From assembly GCF_902652985.1 (NCBI RefSeq), contig NC_047024.1:12400001-12464000 (forward strand): 64,000 nucleotides of DNA, written 5' to 3'. Origin of the DNA: Pecten maximus (taxonomy: Eukaryota). The notes beneath the pieces were generated by a model. It was not told where the DNA came from. It ran no database searches and saw nothing but the letters and a program-made list of their open reading frames with translations. Positions 27,751 to 43,000 of the stretch are shown here, one piece after another. Made by a program: the position numbers and the translations under genes. Numbering within the stretch: the first letter of the stretch is position 1; each line of letters begins with the position of its first letter.

Positions 27751-30588
27751 TTCTAAGGTTTTGATGCGGTGATATTATTTAGTGGATTAAGTCAAGCTCA
27801 TGTGGTCAATAGTCATCTCGTAAATCTTAATACATGTATGTCTTTTAATGTCCGCTTAAAGGATATTTTTAACTCCAGAAATTACTGTATATAGCATTCC
27901 TTTATCAAACTTGATTACCAATCTTAGATATATATATATATATATGATCACAGATCTACATGGGTGTTTTTTCTATTCTAAAATAGATGAATCTCTGTAA
28001 ACTTTGGTTCTGACCCTAAATATATATAAGGGTGTTCAAAATATTACATACGTAATCTCAAACTTTATAGTTCATGCTATTTATAGATGCAATGATAAAT
28101 AAGTTTACTATATATGAAGCTCTGTCTCAGCGGTAGGGAGAGAAAATGATTGCAATAATGATTCCCAACATCCTATAGAGCTTGTAACCACATTCAATTT
28201 CAGTCCTATTACACCATTTTTATCACATACATAATTGAATATTAAGAAGCATCAGTAAGTATTTTTCATTTACTGTAGCATCATTAAAGAGTGATATATC
28301 ATTCAGTTTTATTTCCATAAAGTAAAAATTATCTCAAAATTTATTACTACAGTCATACATCATTTCTTCATTTTTCAAGCAAATGAAAGAAATGTGGGAA
28401 GCTTATATATGAATCTGAGGATCTCATCAGCAGAATGTTTGACATGTAGCTGAAATTACCTGTAACGGACCCCCCAGGCATTTACTGTAACCCCCACTCT
28501 GATGGCAGGCTCTCCCCAAGAATCGCGGCCAGCAATCGTCACAAATATTCTCTATTTTTCTATTCATGTTCTCCCTGTGGTGCTGCGTTAAGATATTTTC
28601 TTCCTTTTTCCATCTATCAACAGTTTTGCGTCAATTATGTATAAGAATTTTTTTATTTGTAGGTTTGATGTATATTACATACGGAAGGAGCACCAAGTGA
28701 TTCTACTATATATAATACCAGAGTTTGAATATTTTCCTTGCCCCTAACAGCCCCAGCAGTTTCCTTCAGAGTTATAATAACACCACACGGCTGGTGTCCC
28801 AGTGTCAGCTGGTTTATATTCCAAAAACGTAACCAATTGATTTGTGTTCGATTAGGTCAAAATGCAATGTAGGAGATGTAAAGTGGATATCAATTTCTGT
28901 TTTTTGTTTTCTTTGTGACTTCATATCAATCTTGTCTCCTATTCATTGGTAACAAATAGCCTGCCACCCCGTCTTGCAATAAAAGCTAGCATTTCTACAC
29001 CTCAACAAACAAGCGATTAAGAAAGTGACATATTTGATTTGCTATGAATATACTAACATCTCCAAAAAGTTGATCTATAGAAAAGCAGCACTTTATGATA
29101 GACATGTTTAGCATTCAAAACGCTAACACAGAAATAGAGGTGCAGACTCTCACGATCAATGTAAGAATTCCGACGGCCTGAGAGCTTCGTGTTTGTATAA
29201 GCAGAGTCCATTACACGTTTATAAAATACCAATACCCTATATATCTTTAACTTCAAATGCTTCAAAGCTTAAGTAATTAATTGTTGAAGTTTTGGCATTA
29301 TCATACATTTGACGTTGATGTTTGAGCAATTTTGATTTGTGATTTGGTAATTCAGCATACCTGAGTGTCAGAAGTGTTTCCAGCTGTTCACAGCGACCAC
29401 CATTTTATTGCTGATATGGACAGGTTGGCTTTAATCTGGCATCATTTTTTTATCATTTATTTCAACATTTTCAGAATCAATGACAACTAAGCGACATAAT
29501 CGTAAATTTCCGCGATAAGCAGATAGAGTTAATTTCTATTTTCCAAATTATTTGTCGATACATCAAGATGTTTGGGACAGTGTGATTATTGTGGACTCCC
29601 AATAAACACGACATACCACGTAATTACAGTCCTGTTGGCCATTCCCGAGCTGTGCTATACAGGGGAGATAATCCTGGTTACCATTCAGTAAGATCTATAG
29701 CTGGTACCCAATAAAGATCTCGTCAAACTTTTATAGATCTTCAGTACACTTGGTCAAACAATAGATTACCTGTATGTTCAAAAACCACCAGTAATAGTAT
29801 CCTTTTCCAAATTTCTTACATTATTGATAACGATAAAACCCAATTTCTGATCAATTTATTAATTTATTTTTTTTAATTTCAATATTTTCAATTTTTATCA
29901 AATAATGTGGAAGTTAGTTGACTTATAGAGGTATAAAGGGGATTTTTACTGTCTACAGACAAATGTCAAATTTAAGGTCATTTAATGTCATTTTGAATAT
30001 CAAAAAAATACATATTTAAGTTCACTGCAAAGTACAAACATCCTGTAGTTTCCTTTATTTCTCAACTTTTACTTTCCAATTCAAAGAAATTTCCTTACAC
30101 ATCAGTTCTTTCTGATGTAATGGAAGTCTTAATTATTTCTTCTCAATTACTTCCGCCTATAGGTTCAGACAAGACGATATCACCAACACATTCTATAGAA
30201 ATATTACATCAGTTATAAAATAATAGACTTGTAATGTCTGTAACTGGAGGTATAAAGGTTGGTACAGTCGCCTCCCTAATTGATCATTCTGTACCAATTC
30301 AACATTCACTTATGTTCATCTGTGGTGACTTTCCTGTATAAAAGTGTGCTCATACTTATCATACTGGGTTATTAGGAGCACACGGGTTTTATTTCACACA
30401 CATCAAAGTGATAATACATTTTAATGAACTATATCATTATAGACATGATACTTATAATCTTGAGATGTTGGAAACTGATTACATCGATCTGAGAAGATGT
30501 ATCAATGGTTTTTTTTTATCGTAATACCTACATCGATCTGAGAAAAAACTATCAATGCTTTTATCGTAACTCCTACGTCGACCTAGGG

Positions 30589-31312
30589 AGAGTGAAACCT
30601 TGCTGTTAGAGATTGAAACCTTGCTGTTAGAGATTGAAACCTTGGTGTTGGAGATTAAAATTGAAACCTTGCTATTAGAGATTTAAACCTTGGTGTTGGA
30701 GACTGAAACCTTGGTGTTGGAGACTGAAACCTTGGTGTTGGAGATTTAAACCTTGGTGTTGGAGATTTAAACCTTGGTGTTGGAGACTGAAACCTTGGTG
30801 TTGGAGACTGAAACCTTGGTGTTGGAGATTGAAACCTTGGTGTTGGAGATTTAAACCTTGGTGTTGGAGACTGAAACCTTGCTGTTAGATATTGAAACCT
30901 TGGTGTTAGATATTGAAACCTTGGTGTTGGAGACTGAAACCTTGCTGTTAGATATTGAAACCTTGGTGTTGGAGACTGAAACCTTGGTGTTGGAGACTGA
31001 AACCTTGGTGTTGGAGATTTAAACCTTGGTGTTGGAGATTTAAACCTTGGTGTTGGAGACTGAAACCTTGGTGTTGGAGACTGAAACCTTGGTGTTGGAG
31101 ATTGAAACCTTGGTGTTGGAGATTTAAACCTTGGTGTTGGAGACTGAAACCTTGCTGTTAGATATTGAAACCTTGGTGTTAGATATTGAAACCTTGGTGT
31201 TGGAGACTGAAACCTTGCTGTTAGATATTGAAACCTTGGTGTTGGAGATTTAAACCTTGGTGTTGGAGACTGAAACCTTGCTGTTAGATATTGAAACCTT
31301 GGTGTCGGAGAC
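30589..31312. repeat. 21-bp minisatellite (~34 copies) with a 13-unit (273-bp) higher-order duplication
   Basis: Unit GAAACCTTGGTGTTGGAGACT with variants. The order of variants in the translated ORF 30655-31413 repeats once with a 13-unit period. Confidence 0.95.
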
Positions 31313-33199
31313 GATGAAACAGTACTGCATAGATACCATCCTGCCAGACACATTCTGGCTATATCATGGATATCGAGGACTCTCTCTAGACTTGACCCAG
31401 GAGAATTGCCCACTCTACTTAAATCACTCCCATAACCTGTTCACAAAATTAATTCCACATAAACCTTATCAGTAATTCCACTGATAACTTACAATCTGCC
31501 AAAATTGTCAAAAAAATATCAAAATATGGTGTGGGTATCTGCTTCAAGTGTCTTCTGGGTAACCATAGTTACCAACATAAATGACATGACCCAATTGAAT
31601 AGAATAGTCTGTCACTGATGTCTCCGTGTAATATAGCAATCTGATACACGATCTTACAACTAGGGACAGATTGCATGATTGAAGTATCGTCCTATGAAGA
31701 TGAACTTGAGATCAATTGTAACGATTTCCTGCTGAACTTGTCAACTACGTCTGACAACTTTTCCTCCTACCTTTTCCCAATCCTATCTCAGTACTTGGAC
31801 AGGACATAAACAGAAATCTGTCAGTCTTTGGAATATTTTCTGTCAGAAATGCTACACCCTAAGTACATGTTCAGAAATTGGTTGAGGAGACAGTGGTGTG
31901 TAAATGATCAAGCCTTTTTCTGATGTTAGTGTGTTATATAGGTATAGGGGCTGGGCCGTTCAGACATACTCCAATACTCTGTCAAAATCTTTACAGCCTT
32001 GCTGGCTATAATCCTACCGAACGCTTCATTTTCTGTCAAAAAACTTTATACGTCAATAATCTGTAATTTTCTATGAATTATATATATATATTCTATACTT
32101 ATATAGCCCTAAAATAGGTCATGGGTGTTAGTGTATAGTTTATACCAGTACCCATACTGATATTTACAGCTCCACATCTCGTTAAACAATCCATGAAGAA
32201 TTAATTAGTGATGTCAGGTGAGGGAGAAGTAGTATGTCATTTCAGCAATAATCATTGCATGTAGTTTTATTGAATATAACTTTCTTCACGCCCAATAAAA
32301 CGTGTAAGCTAGGGGTTGACAGACACGGCAATGACTGTCAACTTAACAGGCTGTTCCCACGTATCCACTCAACGTCCTCAGGTAAAGCCAACTTAACACA
32401 GAACATCAAACATTCATTAACATTTAACAAAAGGATCCTCACTGAAATCACTATCATAAATATTTCTGTTTTAAATTAACAAAATATAAACTTAAAGGCT
32501 GAATTCAGAACACATTCTTCTAACAGAGTACTGGATAACAGCAAAATTATTATATTTTTGAAATTGAATTTTCAGCATTTCCAATATATATTACCATGGT
32601 ATGATAAAGACAAATATTTTGCTTCCATACCTGTCCAGGTATAAACTGTTGCTATATTTAGTAACGTGTCCTGGAAATAAATATCTATGATGGTCCAGAA
32701 TCTCTTTGTATGTTACAAACATAAAACATTATGTACAACAGGCCTAGCTCATAATATTTGTCATCTTACAGCAAGAATATATCCCTTCAAAATTTAATAT
32801 TACAGCCATACAGATATACAAATCTTGGTGATATCACAAATTGTTACATACCAAATATAGGAATATTGTTTTTGTTTTTATATTCATTCAAAACTTATCT
32901 GAATGTTGTGTAAATACTTGTAATATCAAAGTTAACACATACGTTTATATACTGCACCCTGATATACAACCTGATGTGATGGATCAATAAATATACTGTA
33001 ATGGTTTGGTACAGATGCTGAGAGGTTGAGAGGGGAGGAGGGGGGCATTATGTATTGGAACAGCATGGTAGCATTACATGGTAGTGATATGATCAAATTG
33101 ACCATACTTCATTGTATTATTACAGTACAATTAGCAGGATATGGGCAGTGTATTAACTCCATAGATATCTATACATTGAAGCTACATGTATGTGCAGTG

Positions 33200-33630
33200 T
33201 TCAATCTATACACTTCTGGTATATATAGTGTTCATATAGTTCAACTCATTAACATTTCCTTTAGCTATATATTTTGTTTAACCCATAGACTTCTAGTGTA
33301 GCTATATATAGTATTCAATCCATAGACTTCTAGTGTAGCTATAATAATGTTTAACCCATAGACTCCTACTTTAGCTATATAAACATATATATACATGTAT
33401 ATAGTGTTCAATCCCATAAACTTTTCCTTCAGTTTTATATATGGCCACCGCGGCCCCTCATAGTGTTCAACCCATAGACTTTTCCTTTAGCTTTATATAG
33501 TGTTCAACACGTCGACTTCTAGTATAGCTTTAATGTTCAACCAATTAACTTTTATTTTATCCACATGTAACCCCTTAGACATCTTACAGGTCTATATAAC
33601 TGTAGGACAGGTCTATATAACTGTAGGACT
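33200..33630. repeat. Degenerate ~37-40-bp repeat plus a 21-bp duplication
   Basis: Recurrent TAGTGTTCAACCCATAGACTT...TAGCT; ACAGGTCTATATAACTGTAGG twice near 33586-33627. Confidence 0.7.
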
Positions 33631-36600
33631 ATACAATATCAGTAAGACATGACATTAATTCTTAGTCATACATTCCTAAGCCATTCAAACTGATGTACTA
33701 ACAATAAAGAGTCACGTTTCACCGGTTTGATTATTATGTGTAATGAGACACAAATCAATATGTTCAGTTTGTGAGGTATACACATGTGTTTATATTATTT
33801 TCAGCATGAATTAACTTTAGAATCCTCTAACAAAGAACCAGTAAATAACTTCCCCATCTGATAGATACTAATCCTCAGTGTTGAGATTACACTGGACATA
33901 TAGGTATGTAGTGTCCAGATAGTGAACTGAAGTACAGGACACTGACACATCGCACACTCGGCTGAACCTTACACTCGACTTATAGCAGGACTAAATGCAG
34001 TTAATAATGGAAAAGAGAAATGATTTCTGGTATCTACAAAAGAATTCAAGCATGCGGCATGCACCTAATAATTGAACGAAAAATAGAATCTTCAAAAGAA
34101 TTCTAACGGAAATAGCAAAACCAATCACATGTAGTCAAGACCAAAGCAGTATATGACATTATGTACACACATCTAGACAAGTACACACGGGATCAGGTAA
34201 AACATTTATCTGATCCAGAGTAAACTTTTTAACAATCGATTCAAATTCTGTAAGCAGTGAGTGTGAAATAGTCCAAATAAAAGATCCATTGTAGTAAAAC
34301 CTTATATCCGCTTAACTAACTTTCCTCAGTTTATAATTATACACAAAGTAACAAGATGGCACAGGTTTAATAATGAGATAAAGTTAGATATTCTTTACTC
34401 CAACAAACATACAGCGTGAAGTTTCTTTACTTTGTACAAGGATTCGCCGAGTACAGAAGTCAAGATGTTAATAGCATTTGTTGCGTTAGAGGGGTTGAGC
34501 AAATATAAAATCCTGTTTTCAATCTAACCAAAAGGACAGCCAAAATGAATTTCATTTCACATAAAAAATGAGCTGTGAATTGAGAAGAAGCATATTACGT
34601 AAAGTGTTTCAGCATTTGTAACTCACTAAGGTGAAGCATAAGGACTTCATTTAAACATGTAATGAAAATGTACATATTATATATGTATTTCTCATGGGCT
34701 ATCCTATATCAAATAGCATGCAAACTAACTCTAATTGAAATGATCTATCTGCCTCTGATTCCCCACTGTCAGTTGGTGCAGTGTAATTAGGTTTGTTTTC
34801 CCCTTTCTCCGAGACTTTGAATCAGTGACAATATATAGTACCATGACCACGTTTACATAACAGGTAGGCTACTCTGCTAAATTGTCCTCATTTATTTCTT
34901 CTCTGATACTAATTCACTGTCATAGCAGTAAGCTACCTCAATAATAATTATAAATTTCTTACAAAAGCTCGGACAAACAGCCATTATCATGAAATAGCAA
35001 TATATGCAAATTATGAGCAGATGGCTTCAAAGTAAGGATAGTTAAAAGTGCTGTTTTCTGTCCTAAATTGTTGGTCGGCTATCTAGTACAGCCCCTGATG
35101 TTAATCTTATCACAGTGCTGTGAGCACTGTTAATTTTGTCAACAACTTAAGCAAATTTATGTCCCATGAAAGAATAAGGCTGAAACCTACGACCGCGTAA
35201 AAAACCCAATGAAATCAGCCTCGATTGACAGGACGTGCTACAGGAGAAATTTGAACTGCCCACCGAAACACCTACTGTGAAAATTAGAGATATGAAAACA
35301 GACTAGCCGACTAACCACACCAACTTACTACTCTGTATGGAACCAGACACTTCGAGCATTTAATTATTCCTAACCAATATCCCTTGATGGACAATTCCAA
35401 AATTGTGACTTCCTGCTCATAACTGTCAATCCCTTTTGTCATCAATTTTTAATATTCTTTTTCTTATCTTGTATCTGATGTTTCTAGATGAAAAGGACAA
35501 TTATTTTCCTTATTTTGCATTTAGTTTTACACAAATCTTTATTTTAATTGAATAGAATTTTTTTATTTTTTCTATAAATTGATTGAAAATCAAACAGTGC
35601 ATATATATTGCCTTCATATCAATATACACACATACACGTATTTTATTATAATACTATACCTTTACTGTATATTTCAAAGCTTTATTATTTATGTTACATC
35701 AATTAAGTTATGGAAAGTATTCTCAAAATTTGTTAAAAGTAACATTTAGCTTTTATTAATTTGGGAAGATAACATTTTTACATAAACCTTCAATGGGTAA
35801 TGTTTCTACGGTAATTCATTTCTATAAAGTTGAGTCGACAATTATGCAAAACTTCATTCCTGATAAACCTTGTAGAATGTATCTAAATTTAATTGAAATA
35901 TTTCATATTCTACCTGCTCAGAATTTTTAGGAATTTCATTCTTAATTAACTGTAAAGATTTTGAAAATTACTAATGCATCATTCAATTATAGACATTAAA
36001 GATAATCATGCCCCGAACACAAATAAAATCACAAATTTATGTTTCAGATATAACAAAAAAAGCTCGATACATGTATATCAGATATGGATTCATGCCACTG
36101 GACACAAAGACAACTTAAACGCAAACTGACAAAATGAGTCCCACAAAAATCGAGAGGTTACAGTGAAAATACTGTGTCCTAAAACTAGAGAACATTTAGC
36201 TAATATACCATCGACCTTTTTTTGTGACAAAAGAAAGCTATTTCTTTTGAGTACACCTCATTACAATTCATAGAACTGGTATGCGGGTCTGCCTAATTAG
36301 ACTCCAGTATAATACATTAGTAACACTGTGGAATAATTGTTTACTTTGACTTTCAATAAATGTTTGAAAAGGTTGACTTATTCTTCCAAGTGTCTGTGAT
36401 TTGGTTTGTGCGACGGGTTACCAAGGTGTTTCCAAACTGGCGACATGCTGGCGCGTTCTACGACGTTCTGTTCCCTTACTCGCCAGATCAGGATGAATAT
36501 TTCAGAAATTGTTCACATTCTCCACCAATGACAGTTATTACAATGGACATGAGAGGATTCAATATGTAGACAATCCGCGGACAATTAGATTATTGTCACT

Positions 36601-39600
36601 AACTCCTCCCAGTCTAATTTTCAGGGTTTAAACCAGGTTTTTTGCCAAATACAATTATCATTTACTTATATTTGTACATTTTTCGTTAATTCCACCCTAA
36701 CTTTTGTTATCCTCGACTTATACGTCCCAATATATCCCCTATTATTTTCATGGCTCTATTGATCCCATACATTTCCATTGATTATGTAGAATGTACAGGT
36801 TTCCTTTCTAAGGGATTTGTTATTTAGATTCATTAACCATAGTTAGTCTTAATCAGATTTCTAATAATAACGAATTACTGAGAAGTATATATAGAAATGT
36901 ATAATGAAAACTTTAAGGATCAGGCATGCTATTTATTTCCTGTTGTAGTTGTATTGTGACGAATACATGAATATATGTATTTGGGAGTTTTTTGTAGAGC
37001 ATCAAGCACTATCTGAGATAATTAGCAGTTTAAATTGAAATAATGTTTTAAATAAGAGAGAAATATTATCAATCCATCCACTGAATTGTGAGTACTCTAT
37101 GGGTTTGACAATGAACGATTTCCTTCAGTACAGCAAACAAAATGGTTATGACCAATCTACATGTGTATTAATGCTCTAGGCTGTGAATTCAACTGTTAGA
37201 GGTAAGGAGGGGCAACATATTCTCAGGAGGGGGCTATCTGCTCAACAAGGGTAAAAACAAACCTCCTGTCACTCAACTCTATGGGGAAGACGTAGAACCA
37301 GGCTACCATCTTATATAGCCATCATATCTCCACTTACGCTTTTCAACAGCTGACAATTAAAATTATCTCTAATCAAACTATCAATGTATTAAGTTGGGCC
37401 TCTAGATTTTTCTGCTTATTAAAATAAAATAAAGACAGGAATCTCTTTCAAATCATGACATAAAAGAGAAGACAATAAAATTATGGTATCTTTAGTATCA
37501 TATCTGGAGGAGGCAACCTCTACTCAAACATTGACTCGCCCCAAGAGGAAAATAGCATGTGTAAAGTTTATCTCATTAAGTCCATGTATAAATCCTGCCT
37601 ACCCTAATATCTGCGTGCATGTCATTTTAACCACATTTAGAAATTGACATTCTATTTTTTGAAAGAACTGGAATATTTTGTGAACACATTTGTGACTTTG
37701 TGGCTGGGTGTGATACCAGTATTTGAATGTATTACATCCCAGAATTCCAATGGAACCATCATATTTATGATGGTTATATCTACCCCTCATCTTCCTAATA
37801 AATACAATCAAACTTTCACTTTTATATTTGATAAGACCGAACATTTAATAATATCTATGGTGGACAGGTATCCAAACGTACACGAATGGACACAAAATCA
37901 ACAATCAACACATACACCTGTCTATTAATGCCCACACCTATTTCGGTTAATCTGCGTACTCAGGTTGGTAAGCTCTTTATTAAGTACCAACAGTATTTTA
38001 ACATTTGTGTATTATTTGAACTTGCTCATGAACTGTGATGATATTTCCTCAAATAAAGAGGATTATTGACTTATAATCCACAAACAAAATAATCCTAGTA
38101 AAGTTTTTTTCTGGTGAAGTTCATCGTTTATAACTCAACGTCAATGAACCGTGGAATGTCCATGACTCAATTTTCACCGTCCCAAAATTTCCCATGAACT
38201 TAAACATTATAGTTTTACAACAACTCAAATGTTTGAATTAAACATGATTCCTGTTTATATTGCTCAATTGGGGGTGAGATTATTTTCAGAAATGAAACAG
38301 GTGGAAAAACAAGCGCAGCGTTACATTAACGGATCTAGACTGTGTATTAACAACACCTCTATATTCATTTGTAAATATGGTTTGTGTTTATTCTAAGTCT
38401 TGACAAATGTTTCCCCTAGGATTTAACACAACTCTTTCTACTTGTATATTATAACCGATTGGTATATTTTAACACATTTTTCAACTCTAGGTGTGACAAG
38501 TTTATATTCGTGCCGTAACCCAGCGTAACAGTTTACTTCCAGATAAAATTCCCATTTGACGGAATAGATCAGCGATTAAATGCCTCCTCATTAATTCTCC
38601 ACAGTTTACAAACAGACTATTTCATTATAAATTTTCTTTCACTCCAGAATAGATATTTCCTGACTGTTGGCGAGATTCCCCATTTTTCATTCCTGTTCCG
38701 CCCTTTCCCCTCCACATTATATTTACACACTCCTGTTTCCAGACGTTTTTTTGTTATGTAACAAAATTCTACTTCAGAAGAAATGATAGGTTTGAGGTTG
38801 ATTTAAAAGCATGTTATCATGTAGCGATTACAAAATATGTCAGATTACATATCCCATTAATGCTCTCATTTCTTACAGTTATTTGTCAAGATATAATCTA
38901 GAATTAATTTCTTTTCATCTTTTTTAATTTTTTTCTCAAAAAATTACCTGGTATTTTTTAATAGTTTAATATTAATAAGATTTTGACAGCACCTCTACCT
39001 GTCCGGCTGATGAGGATCTACCTTTATACACCTGTGGACAATGTACAGGTGTGACTATGTAGAACTAAGGATGCTGGTGCTAGCTAGTTTATCCCACGGA
39101 AAATATAAACATTGTCTGTTTACTTTTGACTATATCCAAGTTTCATTAAGATCAAATAGTGAATGAAGAACATTAGCTAAAATTACCCTGTTTAACAGTC
39201 AATTATCTCCCACCACAATGTAGGACAGGGCAGACTCGGGCTAAAATAGGCAGATGACAGACCATTTAGGGCCGGACATTAGATAGGCGGACTAAGCTAA
39301 ACAAATATGTACATGCCACGCTTTTAAAATTCTCGGGTATCATACCAATACATTGGTATGCTTCAGTGATGGATACATTAAAACAAACATCTACCCGCGT
39401 AAAATACTTTGGTTTCTTCATTCTCAAAGTTCTTATCAGTTTCTTTTAAGATCCAAAAATGTCTTTGACGATGCAATTATTTTCTTTATTCATTTATATA
39501 CATCCTTTTTTTCAATTTGTTAGTAATATTTGTTTTATCTTGAATCTAAAACATAAATAAAAAATAATTAAACTTGTAATACAACTTAGATAGATATCTG

Positions 39601-42230
39601 TTACACCTTATAATTAACAGCTCACTGGGTAAAATTTTAAAAACTATTAACTCTATGGTAAAATTTACCCACTGAAATTTCACATAAAATAAATGGCAAA
39701 AAAAATTCACAGGTAAAATTTAACAGTTAAACATTAAGAGGTAAAAATTAAAGTTGAATCTTACTAATGGTTAAAATTGGACAGGCAAAAATTAACACCA
39801 AAAAAACTCCCAGGTAAACATAACATTCGAAAACTTCATTTAAAACTTAACAGCTAAATATGTATTGGCAAAAATTCAAGGTGGTTGTTTTAAAGTTAAA
39901 ATCCAACTCGAATTCGAACTTCATACAAATTTTAGAGATAATCAAGAAAACAAACAGGTGAAAATAAAAAGCTCAAATCTAACAGGTAGAATTTAACAAA
40001 CAAATCTTTATAATTAAAATCCAACCAAACTGAACTAGAATTAGAACTTTAACTTGGTAAAAATTTAACATGTAAAAACTTACAGAAAGAAAATGCAAAT
40101 AATTAACAGCTGAAAAATGACAATTAAACAGAATAAATTTCATAAACTATATCTATTTGATTCACACACATGGCTTCCCTCCATTTTGCTGTCATTTCTG
40201 CCCTGTGACAGTTATGCTTCCACGCTTAAATAAGTCTGTGTCATGTAATATTTTATAACCCTCATTTGCATATTTGATTGACAGCCTGTCTGAAACATTT
40301 GTCCAGGCGAGAAAAATCAATGTCACAAATTGAGTCTGATCTGGACAATCGTCATCAAATAATTTTCCTTTCTGACAGAGGCTGATATATAATTAATAAT
40401 GCATTAATGATGATAGCATATCTTATTTAGAAAAAAACACAAAAACAAATTGAATCATAAAAGTTGTGTTTTTATTTTACATGTGCTATTTTCACAGTAC
40501 TATCATTTCCTATAGTTATAATGGTGTATAACTGCCAAATTAATTGATATGCATTTGAAGTTGGCCACCAACCCCAGTAATTAATAATCAGGGATCCCCA
40601 TTGTGGTTCCCGTTAAGGAATGCTGCCCCGTGTTATTAATGATCCACCCAATGTTTCCCCCCATTAGCGGGGTTACGGCTGCAGGCTAACTAACTGACAA
40701 TCAACACGCATACTTCTCATTACCTAACGAAAAAAATTCAAATTCAAATCTTAGCACTACAAGATCGTCCTCTGTTTCAAGATAGACACCCAAGGACTTT
40801 GGTTGAAAAAAAAATTTAATTAAAATTTATAAAAGATAGTTCAACATACAGTTGAACTCAGTTTTCTATTCAGTTCAGTTGTCACAAGCTTTTTAATGTC
40901 AATTTTATTTTTTATTTTTTTTTTTTAAATGTCAATAGCTTAAGTGTAATAATTGATACAGACCCCGTTGTAGTTAATTATGTAATTAATTTTCTTTTTC
41001 TTCATCAATAACATTTATTCATTATTTCTTTGTTATTAATCATGAATTCCATAGCTTCAAAATCTAAATTTCTACTTCATTTCTGTATAACCACACTTAG
41101 TTGTATTGTCACATACCGACATAATTCACACATATTACACGAGATTACAACTAAAGTATATGACATTTGAATGCGGTTATTACAGAAGCATAATCATATA
41201 TCATATATCATATATTGTCTGCTCCATTCCCAAGCATTGTTTTAAACGTAATTTATCAGTGATTTTCGAGACACAAATATTTGAGTCATGGACTCACGCT
41301 TTTCCTGTTGGACTCATCTTAGTAATGGGACACATCAAAACTTTGGAAATTCTACAAAATACTATCGAGTCTGGTTATATTTTCTAGCAAATCAACAAAG
41401 TAGGACCTTTCTACCCACAGTAAAATATCACATAAACACAATCCAATCAGAACCAGTCAAGATCACAGACTCGATGAACGAGCCTACAACTCTAATCAAA
41501 CAACAAATTACACAGTAAAACAGTGACAACGCCATCTACAGCGGACATGTTGAACCGGAAAGATTGATTTTGAGCTACACTTGTTAACATCTGGTATCCA
41601 GGCATGATGGTTTCCTATTTTAATTATTCAAAATCCACATGAAACCAACCTGTGATGATTGCTATATCTAAAAGTAAAGAGATGATTTAAAACAACTATA
41701 ATCCATTAGGTAGGATTGTCCATTACTATGACCCAATGTTAAATGAGATAGACATTCTGAGGAGATCAAAAATCGTATTGTTCCACTATTAATGTACATT
41801 TGTAAATGTTGAGGAAAGCTTGACATTTCCTCGGAATGTACACATCAAAGTTATTTAGTTGGTCAGGTAAAAAAGTTCAGGTGAAACACACAGGTGAGAA
41901 TCTTACAGGTACATCATGTTCATGGCCGTGAGGACCATAATGTGTGTCTCTTGTCTATCTTACAAATCAAATTTGTAGTGAGAAAAATATTCATGGCAGT
42001 ATCATTTGAGGACAGATAAAACGTCTGAAATATCAGGATGTGAGTTATGTGTGACTTCATTTCGCTCGACTGAAGCTCTCGGGAGCAGCCTGTGTAATCA
42101 AGAGGCCCAGGTGTACACAATATGTAGATGGATCTAGATGGTTTTTCTTTAATTAAAAACAGAAATCCCACAAACATTGTCGATTAGAGTAGTTACTGTT
42201 TTATAATATTATGTATTGTGTATCACTTAC

Positions 42231-42263
42231 CTTTATAAATAGCATTGTGTACTTTCTCTTCAT
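42231..42263 (-). other. Candidate end of a first exon (ATG...MKRKYTMLFIK, then splice donor) of an unidentified minus-strand gene
   Basis: Consensus donor AAG|GTAAGT at 42231/42230 and an in-frame ATG at 42263. A second donor-like TT|GTAAGT lies near 42363. No downstream exon was identified. Confidence 0.3.
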
Positions 42264-42439
42264 CACCACACATATATCACGGCAAAAACATATATCAAAA
42301 ATATCAAAATCAATATCAAAATCAAAAAACACGATAAACAATAATGACTAATAGTGTACTTACAATGTGTTGGTTTTGTTCCAGTAAATATGGTGATAGG
42401 CACTTTCAACTGAACTAGTATATAAACTCAGGGTTTGTA

Positions 42440-43000
42440 CCGCTATTACCATGATCAGAAAGGTACACTCGCGTACACTTATCCACGGCATACTGAGTTT
42501 TTACAATTCCATAGAGTTTTCAAACTCTACAGACACAAAAATATGATTACTCTAAATCCAAACAATCAGCTGTCGAATCACAAATATATTCCAAATTCAC
42601 TCGAACGGCACTTAAATTTGGGAGCACCCATGCCACCGTACTCTGTGTACTATAAAATACACAGTGTTCTGTCAACCCACTCGCCTGTATGGTTATCACG
42701 TGTGTTCACCAACATTTTTTGTTTTCTAGGGGAGACAACTCGTATACACTGCTACCTGTTGAAAAGTAAGCGAGTGGAGATTAAATGTTACATTGTTGTG
42801 AGCTAGTAGCTGTCAGTCCGTTCGATCGAAGAATGCTTTACGAGCTCGGCCTTATATAGTACTGGCTCTATTTTAATATTAATGTTTCAGTCATATCTAG
42901 GATGTGCATCTCTGAGCGATTCAGGCATCTGCAGTCGTCATCAGAGTTTTTTTCCGCCTGTGTAATTTCGCGTCAGAGTAAAACGAAGGTAATTGATGAA
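42440..43000 (-). promoter_or_regulatory. Candidate promoter (CpG-enriched patch with TATA box)
   Basis: TATATAAG on the minus strand at 42851-42858 within a locally CpG-rich segment, upstream of the strong minus-strand donors. Confidence 0.3.

Noticed and set aside
35069-35316. Imperfect inverted repeat GTCGGCTA...TAGCCGAC about 230 bp apart
   Set aside because: Too short and no TSD, so a MITE cannot be supported.
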